A program made the translations under genes and the position numbers. A stretch of 64,000 nt of DNA from an uncultured Acidimicrobiales bacterium (GTDB lineage: Bacteria > Actinomycetota > Acidimicrobiia > Acidimicrobiales > SZUA-35). Each line of letters starts with the position of its first letter. Position 1 is the stretch's first letter. This document shows positions 15,605-23,606 of this stretch, piece by piece. The notes below the pieces were generated by a model, which searched no databases, was not told where the DNA came from, and saw only the letters and a program-made list of their open reading frames with translations. The stretch lies in assembly GCA_938029215.1 (NCBI GenBank), contig CALHFG010000018.1:49444-113443 (forward strand), written 5' to 3'.

Positions 15605-16147
15605 GTGGACGCTGAGGGCTACACCGACGACCCTGGATGGTTCGTCGATACCCGACTAGGCAGGATGATCATCTCGCTGATCGGCATCGGCTTTATCTAC
15701 TTCCTGGTGATCTGGAATTTGCCGGAGAGCGCCGTGCGCGACGAACTGCGTCCGGGGCTCGCTCCCATCATTCGCCCCATGGGAATCGCTCAAGACTGGG
15801 GGGTCTTTGCGCCCAACCCTGTCAGCACGTCGTACCGGGTTGAGGCCGACGTGGAAATGGCTGATGGGACCGTCGTTCGCTACATGTTTCCCGATGGGGA
15901 CCCTTACCTCGGGGCCTATCGAGAATTCCGGTGGCGAAAGTATGAGAGCCGGATCCGCAAGGACGAGAATCGGCGTCGATGGCGACCCACCGCCGAATGG
16001 ATTCGGGATCAGTTCCCCGACGGCGAGGTCCGGACGATCGATCTGATCCGACGAACCCGACCCGTCCCCGAACCCGGTACCAACGAGACCTCTCAATGGG
16101 ACGAAGAGTCGATCTTCAGCGTTACGTTCCCTGTGGGGTCCCCATGA
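15605..16147 (+). CDS. small N-terminally membrane-anchored protein, partner of the downstream HTTM protein (SdpA/DUF5819-like by context only)
   Basis: 180 aa. One TM (MIISLIGIGFIYFLVIW), then a QDWGVFAPNP motif. Its stop overlaps the HTTM gene start (ATGA at 16144-16147). GTG 15605 is uncertain, and ATG 15665 is possible. Confidence 0.6.
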   Translation: MDAEGYTDDPGWFVDTRLGRMIISLIGIGFIYFLVIWNLPESAVRDELRPGLAPIIRPMGIAQDWGVFAPNPVSTSYRVEADVEMADGTVVRYMFPDGDPYLGAYREFRWRKYESRIRKDENRRRWRPTAEWIRDQFPDGEVRTIDLIRRTRPVPEPGTNETSQWDEESIFSVTFPVGSP

Positions 16148-17091
16148 TCTTCCGACGGATCGCCACCGCGTGGAGCAGCTTCTGGTTTTCTCCGCACTCG
16201 ACGATCAACATCACTTGGATTCGAATCCTCCTGGGGGCTACCTCGCTCGTATGGGGTCTTGCGCTCATTCCCGACTTCGAAACCTTCTACTTCGATGACG
16301 GCTTGTTTGCCGAGCCCCGTTACGGCGCCTATCACACCGGCGTGTTGCAGTGGCTCCGGCAGGACTGGGCCGCTGTCGCTGTCTTGGGTGTTCTTCTGGC
16401 GAGTTCTTTGCTTGTCACATTCGGGTATCTGGTCCGACTGGCGGCCCCCATTCTCTTCTATGCACTGATGTCTCTGCAGCAAGACATTCCGGTCTTGATG
16501 AACGCCAGCGACAACCTGCTGCGCATCATCGCCATGTACTTCGCCGTGTTCGCCTTGCTGACCCCCTCTCGATATCTCTCGCTCGGGCCGCGGGGAATCA
16601 AGAGGGAAGACCAAAGTCGACGGTGGCCTGTCGGTCCGGCGTGGATTCTTCGAATCCTTCAGTTGCAGCTCACCATCATCTATTTGGATACCGCAATTGA
16701 GAAATCGACGGGAAGCAGATGGCACAACGGCACCGCGGCGTCGATCGCACTGGGCCTGGAAGAGTTCGAACGGTTCTACGTACCCGAGTTCGTGCGAACG
16801 AACTTGATCATGGGCAATATCGGAACATGGCTCGCCATCGGTTTGGAGGCAACCCTTCCGTTGCTCCTTTGGAATCGTAGAACCCGGCTGATCGGCGTGG
16901 TGCTTGGGGTCGGTATGCACTTTGTGTTCGACTACGCGATGCGGCTTGGATACTTCTTCCCCGGCATGTTCATCGCGTACATCGCGTTCATGAGGCCAGG
17001 CGACTGGGCCAAGATAAAGGCACTTCCCGGTAGGGTGCTCCGGCGGCGGGCCGCAACTCCGGCCGACCCGCTTCTTCCAAAACCTGCCTAG
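16144..17091 (+). CDS. HTTM domain (vitamin-K-dependent gamma-carboxylase-related) integral membrane protein
   Basis: Track ORF 15979-17091 trimmed to ATG 16144. WFSP...WIRILLG, NASDNLLRIIAMYFAVFALLTP, LQLQLTIIYLDTAIEKSTGSRWHNGTA, LPLLLWNRRTR and GVGMHFVFDYAMRLGYF match the HTTM layout. Confidence 0.75.
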   Translation: MIFRRIATAWSSFWFSPHSTINITWIRILLGATSLVWGLALIPDFETFYFDDGLFAEPRYGAYHTGVLQWLRQDWAAVAVLGVLLASSLLVTFGYLVRLAAPILFYALMSLQQDIPVLMNASDNLLRIIAMYFAVFALLTPSRYLSLGPRGIKREDQSRRWPVGPAWILRILQLQLTIIYLDTAIEKSTGSRWHNGTAASIALGLEEFERFYVPEFVRTNLIMGNIGTWLAIGLEATLPLLLWNRRTRLIGVVLGVGMHFVFDYAMRLGYFFPGMFIAYIAFMRPGDWAKIKALPGRVLRRRAATPADPLLPKPA

Positions 17092-17126
17092 ATCCCGCAC
17101 CCCGTCCTGGTCGTTTCGAGCACGTG

Positions 17127-18200
17127 CTACCAGCCAATCACCCAGCCGCTGCGCTCCTTTAAGATCTGCCGGACAACAAGCGCGAGGCCAAGACTTGTCA
17201 GCACCACGATGGACGTCGTGATGAGCCAGCGGAGTGGTTCTGGGCCGTACATCATGGACGTACCCACGGAACCGCCAAGATACGCGAGCGACGCCTCCGC
17301 ACCCCAGATCACCCACGGATGCAGAAAGAAGATGGGAAAACTCGCCGACGCCAATGTCTCCAGGGTTCGATTAGGACGATCCTCAAAGCGATCTAGCAAC
17401 ACCATGAAGAACAGGCAGAGAAGCACCTTCTGTACCAAGAGAACATCTGGCAGCGCCGCCTGAAAGGCTGGTTTTTGGAGATTGCCAAACGTTGGGTACG
17501 CATAGGCCTGAACCAGCGCAAGGACGCCGATAGACAACCCGAGGTGAGCCTCTCGCCCTTTCAGGCGAGCCAGAATCTCGGGGCGATGGAGCGATGAGAG
17601 CGTTCCGAGTAGAAACACGGGCATGAAGTATGCGACCGATTGCCAGACATCACCGTTGGCCACGGGGCGCTGTAGGGCAAGCGAGAAGAGCAAGCTGACC
17701 GTCACGATCATGATCCGAAACGGCGCACTCAGTCCAAGAAAGCGAATCACGAGCGGCGAGAGCACAAACACCACGCAAATGAACGGGATGTACCAGTAGC
17801 CGGTGAGGATCTTCCCAGTCCACACATACGACGCAACCGGCTCCAGACTCGAGGCTGCGAACAACCCTTGTTCCCCTGTACGAACCGTTCCGCCTCGGGG
17901 CGCAGCACCTTCGATCAGTACCCGGTAAAGCACGAGCGGCACCGACAGAACCAAGTACGGCACCAAGACTCTTTTGCACTTGTTGGTGAGAAAGCTCCGG
18001 TAGTCAAAGCTTGCCGCATGAACGTGATGGAACAGGTAGCCCGATATGAACACAAAGAGGGCTGTCCCGCCGACCACCAGGTTGGCGACCCACTTGTCGG
18101 CAACCGTATCGACCGTCCAACCGGATACAGAGAGGCAGTGTCCGGCCACGATAAGCACGATGGCGATACCGCGGAACTGCTTCAGTGATTGAAGATACAA
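17127..18200 (-). CDS. acyltransferase family 3 (membrane O-acyltransferase)
   Basis: 357 aa with about 10 TM segments. N-terminal LKQFRGIAIVLIVAGH is the Acyl_transf_3 signature. A TTG start at 18200 is implied because the motif begins at residue 6. Confidence 0.85.
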   Translation of the reverse strand: MYLQSLKQFRGIAIVLIVAGHCLSVSGWTVDTVADKWVANLVVGGTALFVFISGYLFHHVHAASFDYRSFLTNKCKRVLVPYLVLSVPLVLYRVLIEGAAPRGGTVRTGEQGLFAASSLEPVASYVWTGKILTGYWYIPFICVVFVLSPLVIRFLGLSAPFRIMIVTVSLLFSLALQRPVANGDVWQSVAYFMPVFLLGTLSSLHRPEILARLKGREAHLGLSIGVLALVQAYAYPTFGNLQKPAFQAALPDVLLVQKVLLCLFFMVLLDRFEDRPNRTLETLASASFPIFFLHPWVIWGAEASLAYLGGSVGTSMMYGPEPLRWLITTSIVVLTSLGLALVVRQILKERSGWVIGW

Positions 18201-18201
18201 G

Positions 18202-18240
18202 GGTCACACACCTGCCGTCGCCCAGGAGGTGCCTGTGACC
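18202..18240. other. imperfect ~14-bp-stem hairpin (GGTCACA...TGTGACC outer arms, CACCT/AGGTG inner arms) abutting the acyltransferase start codon
   Basis: Read directly. 18202-18208 pairs with 18234-18240, and 18209-18213 pairs with 18227-18231. On the minus strand it is followed by CCCUUGUAUCUU. It may be a terminator for the upstream gene or a translational structure. Confidence 0.3.
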
Positions 18241-18268
18241 TGGTGATCCTAGCTCACCACAACCGCAG

Positions 18269-18309
18269 CGTTCGCCACGCACCACGAAGGCGAGCAAAGC
18301 GCAAGTCAC
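18269..18309. repeat. 41-bp direct repeat, copy 1 (CGTTCGCCACGCACCACGAAGGCGAGCAAAGCGCAAGTCAC)
   Basis: Read directly. 40/41 identical to copy 2, which lies 113 bp away. Looser similarity continues about 10 bp further. Confidence 0.85.
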
Positions 18310-18381
18310 CGCCAAAGGCCAGCGAAGCGACCCGCCACAATCAGACAACAGCCCCCTCAACCGGGCCCAAAACAACCAAAC

Positions 18382-18422
18382 CGTTCGCCACGCACCACCA
18401 AGGCGAGCAAAGCGCAAGTCAC
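18382..18422. repeat. 41-bp direct repeat, copy 2 (overlaps the stop codon of the 18419-19465 gene)
   Basis: Read directly. It differs from copy 1 by a single G/C change. The 113-bp spacing is not a multiple of 3, so the repeat is not a coding duplication. Confidence 0.85.
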
Positions 18423-19465
18423 GGCCGAAGGAAGACCTTTCCTCGGGGGTCTTTCAGGACTTCAGGCAGTTGTTCTATGGCTTCGCCGATGGAGAGTGTG
18501 GCGCCCACGTCGGTGGCCCAGTGGCCGTCGCTGAATCGGCGTTGTACGTCGCCGAACACGGCGAGCTTTTCATCAAGAGATTTGGAGCCCAACCATGGGG
18601 TGAGCCAAAAACCGCCGATGGTTTTGTTGAGGAAGATGAGCTCGCCCGGGTTGGACAGCGGCGGGAGTTCAGGGCTGAGCGATCCATAGATCATCCAGTG
18701 GCTGTTCTTTCCCATCGCGTTGAACACTTGGGTGCTGACCGAGTCGACTACCGCATCGATGAAGAAGCTTGGTTTGTGCTCCTTCATAGTGGTGGCCAGT
18801 TTGGAGGCAAAATCATCATCGGTCTGGTTGAGGATCACGCTCGCACCCAAGCCTGTGAGCGTGTCGTTATGCACGTCCCGCCGCACGATACAGATGGCCT
18901 CCAGTCCGGCGTCTCTGGCAAGGGCAACGATGAACTTGCTGACCTGGCTTGCTCCCGCGGTAAGAACGACCCCGGGCGACCCCGTTGCCTTTACCTCTTC
19001 GAACATTGCGGCCGCCGTCAGCGGGTTGACGATGAAGCCTGCTGCGTTGGGGTCTGAGACCGTGTCGGGTTGAGGGATGCAGAGCATGGACTCGGCGACC
19101 GCGTGGGTGGCCCAGGTTCCGGTGCCCTTCGGTGTGGCGGCAAAGCTGACTCGTTGCCCCATAAGGGACAGCGAGTATTCATCGTCTCCGGCAAGCACCA
19201 CGGTTCCCACACCTTCGAAGCCCGCAGGCTTGCCCTGAATACGGGGCTGGCCGTACTCGCCTTTCAGAAAGTGCAGGTCCGACGGGTTGATGGGGGCCAT
19301 CGCCATCTCGACCAGCACCGTGCCCGGTTCCAGATGGGGGGTATCGATCTCGCCAAATTCGAGGTAGGGGTCCATGGTGTCGAAGTGAATATGGCCCTCG
19401 GGATCGGTGTGGTTGTAGCCGTCTTGTTTGACGAGAAGGGCTGCGATCTTGTCCGGGATGGTCAT
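18419..19465 (-). CDS. MDR-superfamily NAD(P)H-dependent oxidoreductase (quinone/enoyl reductase-like)
   Basis: 348 aa. VLVEMAMAPINPSDL, GFEGVGTVV and VVLTAGASQVSKFIVALA Rossmann region. Confidence 0.85.
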   Translation of the reverse strand: MTIPDKIAALLVKQDGYNHTDPEGHIHFDTMDPYLEFGEIDTPHLEPGTVLVEMAMAPINPSDLHFLKGEYGQPRIQGKPAGFEGVGTVVLAGDDEYSLSLMGQRVSFAATPKGTGTWATHAVAESMLCIPQPDTVSDPNAAGFIVNPLTAAAMFEEVKATGSPGVVLTAGASQVSKFIVALARDAGLEAICIVRRDVHNDTLTGLGASVILNQTDDDFASKLATTMKEHKPSFFIDAVVDSVSTQVFNAMGKNSHWMIYGSLSPELPPLSNPGELIFLNKTIGGFWLTPWLGSKSLDEKLAVFGDVQRRFSDGHWATDVGATLSIGEAIEQLPEVLKDPRGKVFLRP

Positions 19466-19510
19466 GGTCTGAGCCTACGGCGCCCGTGGGAAAGCGGGTT
19501 GTTCGTATGG

Positions 19511-19819
19511 TCAAAGCGCCCGTACGAGGGCGGTCGAGACCGCAGCGAGGGCGACCACAATGACGAAGGGGAGCTTTCGCCATAGCGCCACAGCAGCAAC
19601 CAGCAGGCCCACGGCTTTGGCGTCGATCGTCCACGCTCGATCCTCGACGAAGGTGGAGGACGCGACGAGCGCAGCCAACAGTGGGGCCGGTAGGAGGAGG
19701 GCGAGCCGGTCCACCCAGGAAGGCAGGTCTCTTTCACCACCGAGAACCAGCGGGCCGGCGCTCTTGAAGCAAAAACTGATCATCGCGAGAAACAGCACCG
19801 TGAGCAGCGGGTCGGTCAT
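19511..19819 (-). CDS. azlD: AzlD-like branched-chain amino acid transport protein
   Basis: Track ORF trimmed to ATG 19819 (102 aa, 3-4 TM). ATGA overlap with the azlC stop. Confidence 0.8.
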   Translation of the reverse strand: MTDPLLTVLFLAMISFCFKSAGPLVLGGERDLPSWVDRLALLLPAPLLAALVASSTFVEDRAWTIDAKAVGLLVAAVALWRKLPFVIVVALAAVSTALVRAL

Positions 19820-20514
19820 GACGCCCGCCAGGGTCGGGCTGCCAGTACGGCGAGCGCAGCAGCCAGGATCGGAACCCCCGGAGGCAACACGGGCGCACCC
19901 AACAACGCGATCGCTGCCCCTAGGACCATCAATAGGCGCTGCTGGGGGTCGTGAACCTTCGGCCACAGCAACGCGATGAACGACGCAGGGATCGTGGCGT
20001 CGATTCCGTAGGTGGCGACGAGGTCGCCCGCGTTACCCAGCACCGTGAAGCCAATCACGGTGGAGATGTTCCACAACACGAAGACGCCGATACCGCCTGC
20101 GAGGTATCCGTACCGGCGCCAGCGAAGCTCGGTCTGAGCACTACCGACCGCGGTGGACTCATCGATCATCACCTGGGAAGCAAGAGCTCGCCACCACAAC
20201 GGTCCTTTCAGTGCAGGAGCCATGACGACACCAAAAGCTGCAGATCTCATGTTGAGCAGCGCACCCGCGGTGACCGCGGCAACAACCGATCCTCCGTCGG
20301 CAAGCACGGTGGCCGATGCGAATTGGGCGCTACCACCAAAAACCAACGCGGAGAAACCGATCGCCTCGATCAAGCGAAAATCGGCCTCGGCACAGATGAT
20401 CCCAAAGGCCGCGGCGAACGGTGAGACGGCGAGCGAGATCGACCCGGCTTGCCGCAGAATCTGGTTGCGGATCGCCGAGTCGGACACCACTTGATCGTAT
20501 TGGTCTGATCCCAT
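19816..20514 (-). CDS. azlC: AzlC family branched-chain amino acid permease component
   Basis: 232 aa. FAAAFGIICAEADF...SALVFGGSAQFA, typical AzlC. Confidence 0.85.
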   Translation of the reverse strand: MGSDQYDQVVSDSAIRNQILRQAGSISLAVSPFAAAFGIICAEADFRLIEAIGFSALVFGGSAQFASATVLADGGSVVAAVTAGALLNMRSAAFGVVMAPALKGPLWWRALASQVMIDESTAVGSAQTELRWRRYGYLAGGIGVFVLWNISTVIGFTVLGNAGDLVATYGIDATIPASFIALLWPKVHDPQQRLLMVLGAAIALLGAPVLPPGVPILAAALAVLAARPWRAS

Positions 20515-20560
20515 CGGTCGTTCCGCTTGCGACAGATTGCGGGGGCGCTACTCTCTGCCG

Positions 20561-21526
20561 ATGGCAATTCAGACCGTCGGATTCATCGGCCTTGGCAACG
20601 TTGGTAAGAAGCTTGCCGGAAGCGTTCTACGGAACGGCTTCGACCTGACGGTACGGGACCTCGACCCGCAGGCCGCTCAACCGTTTTTGGACCAGGGCGC
20701 CAAGTGGGCCGACTCCCCCCGACAACTGGCAGAGTCGTGCGATCTCGTGATTACGTGCCTACCGAGCCCTTCTGCGTGCGCCGCGGTGATGGAGGGTGAG
20801 GGCGGACTTCTCGAAGGCCTAGGCCCCGGCAAGATTTGGGCCGAGATGAGTACCACCGACTCCGGCGAAGTCGCCAGAATGGCCGAACTCGTTCGATCCA
20901 AGGGCGCCGAGGCGGTCGATTGCCCGGTGTCGGGAGGATGTCACAGGGCCGACACGGGAAACATCAGCATCTTCGCCGGCTGCAACAGAGAGACATTTGA
21001 CCGAATCTTCCCGGTGCTCACCACCCTTGGACGACGCATCCTTCACACCGGTGAGGTTGGTTCAGCTTCCATTCTCAAGGTGATGACCAATTACCTGGCC
21101 ACGGTAAACCTGGTGTCGGTCGCCGAGGCTCTGACAACAGCCAAGGCAATGGGTCTTGACCTCAACACCACCTACGAAGCGCTCGCCATTAGTTCGGGCA
21201 CCTCGTTTGTGCACGAAACCGAGGGGCAGGTCATCCTCAACGGGTCGCGAGATATCAGTTTCACCATGGACCTTGTTCTCAAGGACATTGGGCTCTTCCA
21301 GAGCCTTGCCGAGCAGTACGCGGTGCCACTTGAAATCTCGCCACTTATCAACGAAATCTTTAGGGATGGAATCGCCCGGTACGGTGAGCGCGAACTGTCG
21401 CCCAACATCATCAGAAGGCTCGAAGACGCTACCGGTCTGTCGGTCACCGCTCCGGGTTTCCCCGCCGAGATGGTGGACGACGAGCCCGAAGAGCCTGGCT
21501 ATGAGGTCATTCCAACCGGCCGGTAA
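20561..21526 (+). CDS. NAD(P)-dependent beta-hydroxyacid dehydrogenase (3-hydroxyisobutyrate dehydrogenase family)
   Basis: Begins MAIQTVGFIGLGNVGKKLA (GxGxxG). DCPVSGG and ILKVMTNYL blocks. Start trimmed to ATG 20561. Confidence 0.85.
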   Translation: MAIQTVGFIGLGNVGKKLAGSVLRNGFDLTVRDLDPQAAQPFLDQGAKWADSPRQLAESCDLVITCLPSPSACAAVMEGEGGLLEGLGPGKIWAEMSTTDSGEVARMAELVRSKGAEAVDCPVSGGCHRADTGNISIFAGCNRETFDRIFPVLTTLGRRILHTGEVGSASILKVMTNYLATVNLVSVAEALTTAKAMGLDLNTTYEALAISSGTSFVHETEGQVILNGSRDISFTMDLVLKDIGLFQSLAEQYAVPLEISPLINEIFRDGIARYGERELSPNIIRRLEDATGLSVTAPGFPAEMVDDEPEEPGYEVIPTGR

Positions 21527-21553
21527 GGGCCAACCGGTACCTAGCCTGTAGAG

Positions 21554-22450
21554 GTGGGAACTCCAAAGATTGCATTGGTGGCGTGTGACGACGTCATGGA
21601 CCTCGACACCGATGGGCCATTCTTGTTTCCGGCGCTCGACGAAGCATCGGTCAACTACGACGTTGTTGCCTGGGATGACCCACGCGTGAAGTGGAAGAGC
21701 TACTCGGCAGTGGTTCTTCGTGCATGCTGGGACTACTTTCGCCGGCCGGATGAATTCCGCGAGGTTCTTGATCAGGCAGCATTGGTCACACGGCTTGAAA
21801 ACCCTCTCGAAGTAGTCGAGTGGAACATCGACAAGCGGTACCTGACCGAGCTACGCAAGGCCGGGCTGCCCACCGTCGCTACCGCGTACGTTTCGCACCT
21901 GTCCCCTCCAACCGAACTCGGTTCGGCCCTCGCTCAGATCGGCCGCTGGGGCAGCGCCGAGGTAGTCGTCAAGCCGACCATCTCCGCTGGTTCAAACGAT
22001 ACGTTCCGCATCGATGCTGCCGACGGATCCGCAGTCAGCAAGGCGGTCCAGTCAATCGTCGACTCAGATCGCGTGGCAATGATCCAACCGTTCCTGACGG
22101 CGGTCGATGAGGAGGGCGAACGTGGTGCGGTGTACTTGAACGGCGCCTTCGCTCACTCGTTCAGCCGCAAGGTGACCCTCACGCCCGACGGCCAAGACTC
22201 CGCCATTCTTTCGGCACCCGAAACCGTAGACAGTGTTGAATTAACAGCGAGCGAACGAATGGTGGCCGACCGAGTCAATAGCTGGCTGACCAGCCGATTC
22301 GCTCCCTTGCTCTACGCACGCGTCGACCTGCTCCCTTCACCCGAAGGACCTCAAATCGTGGAGGTCGAGTTGATAGAACCCAGCCTCTTCTTCGAAGCCG
22401 AACCAGCAAGCGCACAACGCTTCGCCCTCGCACTAGCGGACCTCACGTGA
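21554..22450 (+). CDS. ATP-grasp domain protein (RimK/glutathione-synthetase-like, substrate unknown)
   Basis: 298 aa. VVKPTISAGSNDTFRI, MIQPFL...GERGAVYLNG, YARVDLL...VEVELIEPSLFF (ATP-grasp layout). Confidence 0.7.
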   Translation: MGTPKIALVACDDVMDLDTDGPFLFPALDEASVNYDVVAWDDPRVKWKSYSAVVLRACWDYFRRPDEFREVLDQAALVTRLENPLEVVEWNIDKRYLTELRKAGLPTVATAYVSHLSPPTELGSALAQIGRWGSAEVVVKPTISAGSNDTFRIDAADGSAVSKAVQSIVDSDRVAMIQPFLTAVDEEGERGAVYLNGAFAHSFSRKVTLTPDGQDSAILSAPETVDSVELTASERMVADRVNSWLTSRFAPLLYARVDLLPSPEGPQIVEVELIEPSLFFEAEPASAQRFALALADLT

Positions 22451-23082
22451 GCCACTATTTCAGCGAAGATGTGACGGCCGAATCAAAGCCGCAGGCGGTG
22501 ATCCTGCAGGTACCCGGACTCGATACCAGCCTGGTCACCGATCGCGGCGTGTTCTCCCCAGGCCAGGTCGATAAGGGAACCCGCTATTTGCTGAGGACGG
22601 GACCCCACCCCGCATATAGCAACGAACACATTGTCGACATCGGCGCCGGTTACGGGCCAATCACCTGTGCGATCGCTACGTGGAACCCCCAGGCCACGGT
22701 CTGGGCTGTCGAGGTCAACCCGCGTGCTCGCGAGCTTTGCAAAATCAACACCTCGAACCTCAAGCTGGAAAACGTGAAGGTTGTTGCTCCCGAAGACATT
22801 CCAGATGACCTGCTCGTCGATCGGATTTGGAGCAACCCGCCCATTCGTATCGGCAAGAAAAACCTGCATGACCTTCTGCTGTTCTGGCTGGGCCGGCTTC
22901 GCCCCTGGGGTACCGCTCATCTGGTCGTACAGAAGAACCTTGGTTCCGACAGCTTGCACAAGTGGATGGAGTCTCAGGGGTTCAATGTCGTTCGACGCAG
23001 TTCCGAAATGGGCTATCGGCTTCTCGATGTGACTCACGGCGACCCCGAGGCGGTCAAGGCAGCACAGGAGTCCATTTCTTGA
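22447..23082 (+). CDS. class I SAM-dependent methyltransferase, MTS/RsmC-like small domain
   Basis: 211 aa. VFSPGQVDKGTRYLL, DIGAGYGPI, IWSNPPIRIGK (NPP[FI] motif). GTGA overlap with the ATP-grasp gene. Confidence 0.8.
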   Translation: MSHYFSEDVTAESKPQAVILQVPGLDTSLVTDRGVFSPGQVDKGTRYLLRTGPHPAYSNEHIVDIGAGYGPITCAIATWNPQATVWAVEVNPRARELCKINTSNLKLENVKVVAPEDIPDDLLVDRIWSNPPIRIGKKNLHDLLLFWLGRLRPWGTAHLVVQKNLGSDSLHKWMESQGFNVVRRSSEMGYRLLDVTHGDPEAVKAAQESIS

Positions 23083-23603
23083 AACCGCTCTCCCCCACCG
23101 ACCTCAAGCGTCTTCACCGGGGTTGGCGCAAGAAAACCGACCGCAAGATTGGGCTGGTACTCGACGGCGTGCAGCAACCGTTCAATGTCGGAAGCATCCT
23201 GCGGAGCGCCGCGGCATACGGCGTCACCGACATCTGGCTTGTCCCGCCAACTGCGGACCCGAAGGACAAGAAGGTGCAGATCACCGCAAAGGGCTGTGAC
23301 CGGTTCCTGCAAATCCAGACTGCAGCTTCGGGGCCCAGCGCGGTCGAATCCGCTCGCGCTGCGGGCTACCGCATTGTGGCGATTGAACTCACTGCCGATG
23401 CGACACCACTGTTCGATCTTGAAGACTCAAATGAGCCGTTGGCGTTGATCGTGGGCCACGAAGAACGTGGCGTCCATAAGGACACCTTGGCAGCCGCTGA
23501 CAATACGGCGTTTCTTCCCCTGGTGGGAAACGTCGGGAGCCTCAACGTAGGTCACACCGCCACAGCGGCGTTAGCCGAGGTTCGCCGCCAAGGCTGGCAG
23601 TAA
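23079..23603 (+). CDS. TrmH/SpoU family RNA 2'-O-methyltransferase
   Basis: Track ORF 22962-23603 trimmed to TTG 23079 (TTGA overlap with the upstream stop). FNVGSILRSAAAYG, LIVGHEERGV, IPLVGNVGSLNVGHTATAAL. Confidence 0.8.
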   Translation: MKPLSPTDLKRLHRGWRKKTDRKIGLVLDGVQQPFNVGSILRSAAAYGVTDIWLVPPTADPKDKKVQITAKGCDRFLQIQTAASGPSAVESARAAGYRIVAIELTADATPLFDLEDSNEPLALIVGHEERGVHKDTLAAADNTAFLPLVGNVGSLNVGHTATAALAEVRRQGWQ

Positions 23604-23606
23604 ACC

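Noticed and set aside
16093-17316. 407-aa minus-strand ORF
   Set aside because: It is antisense to the HTTM gene and extends into the acyltransferase 3' end. Its composition is Arg/Pro/Gly-rich and low in complexity. Shadow ORF.
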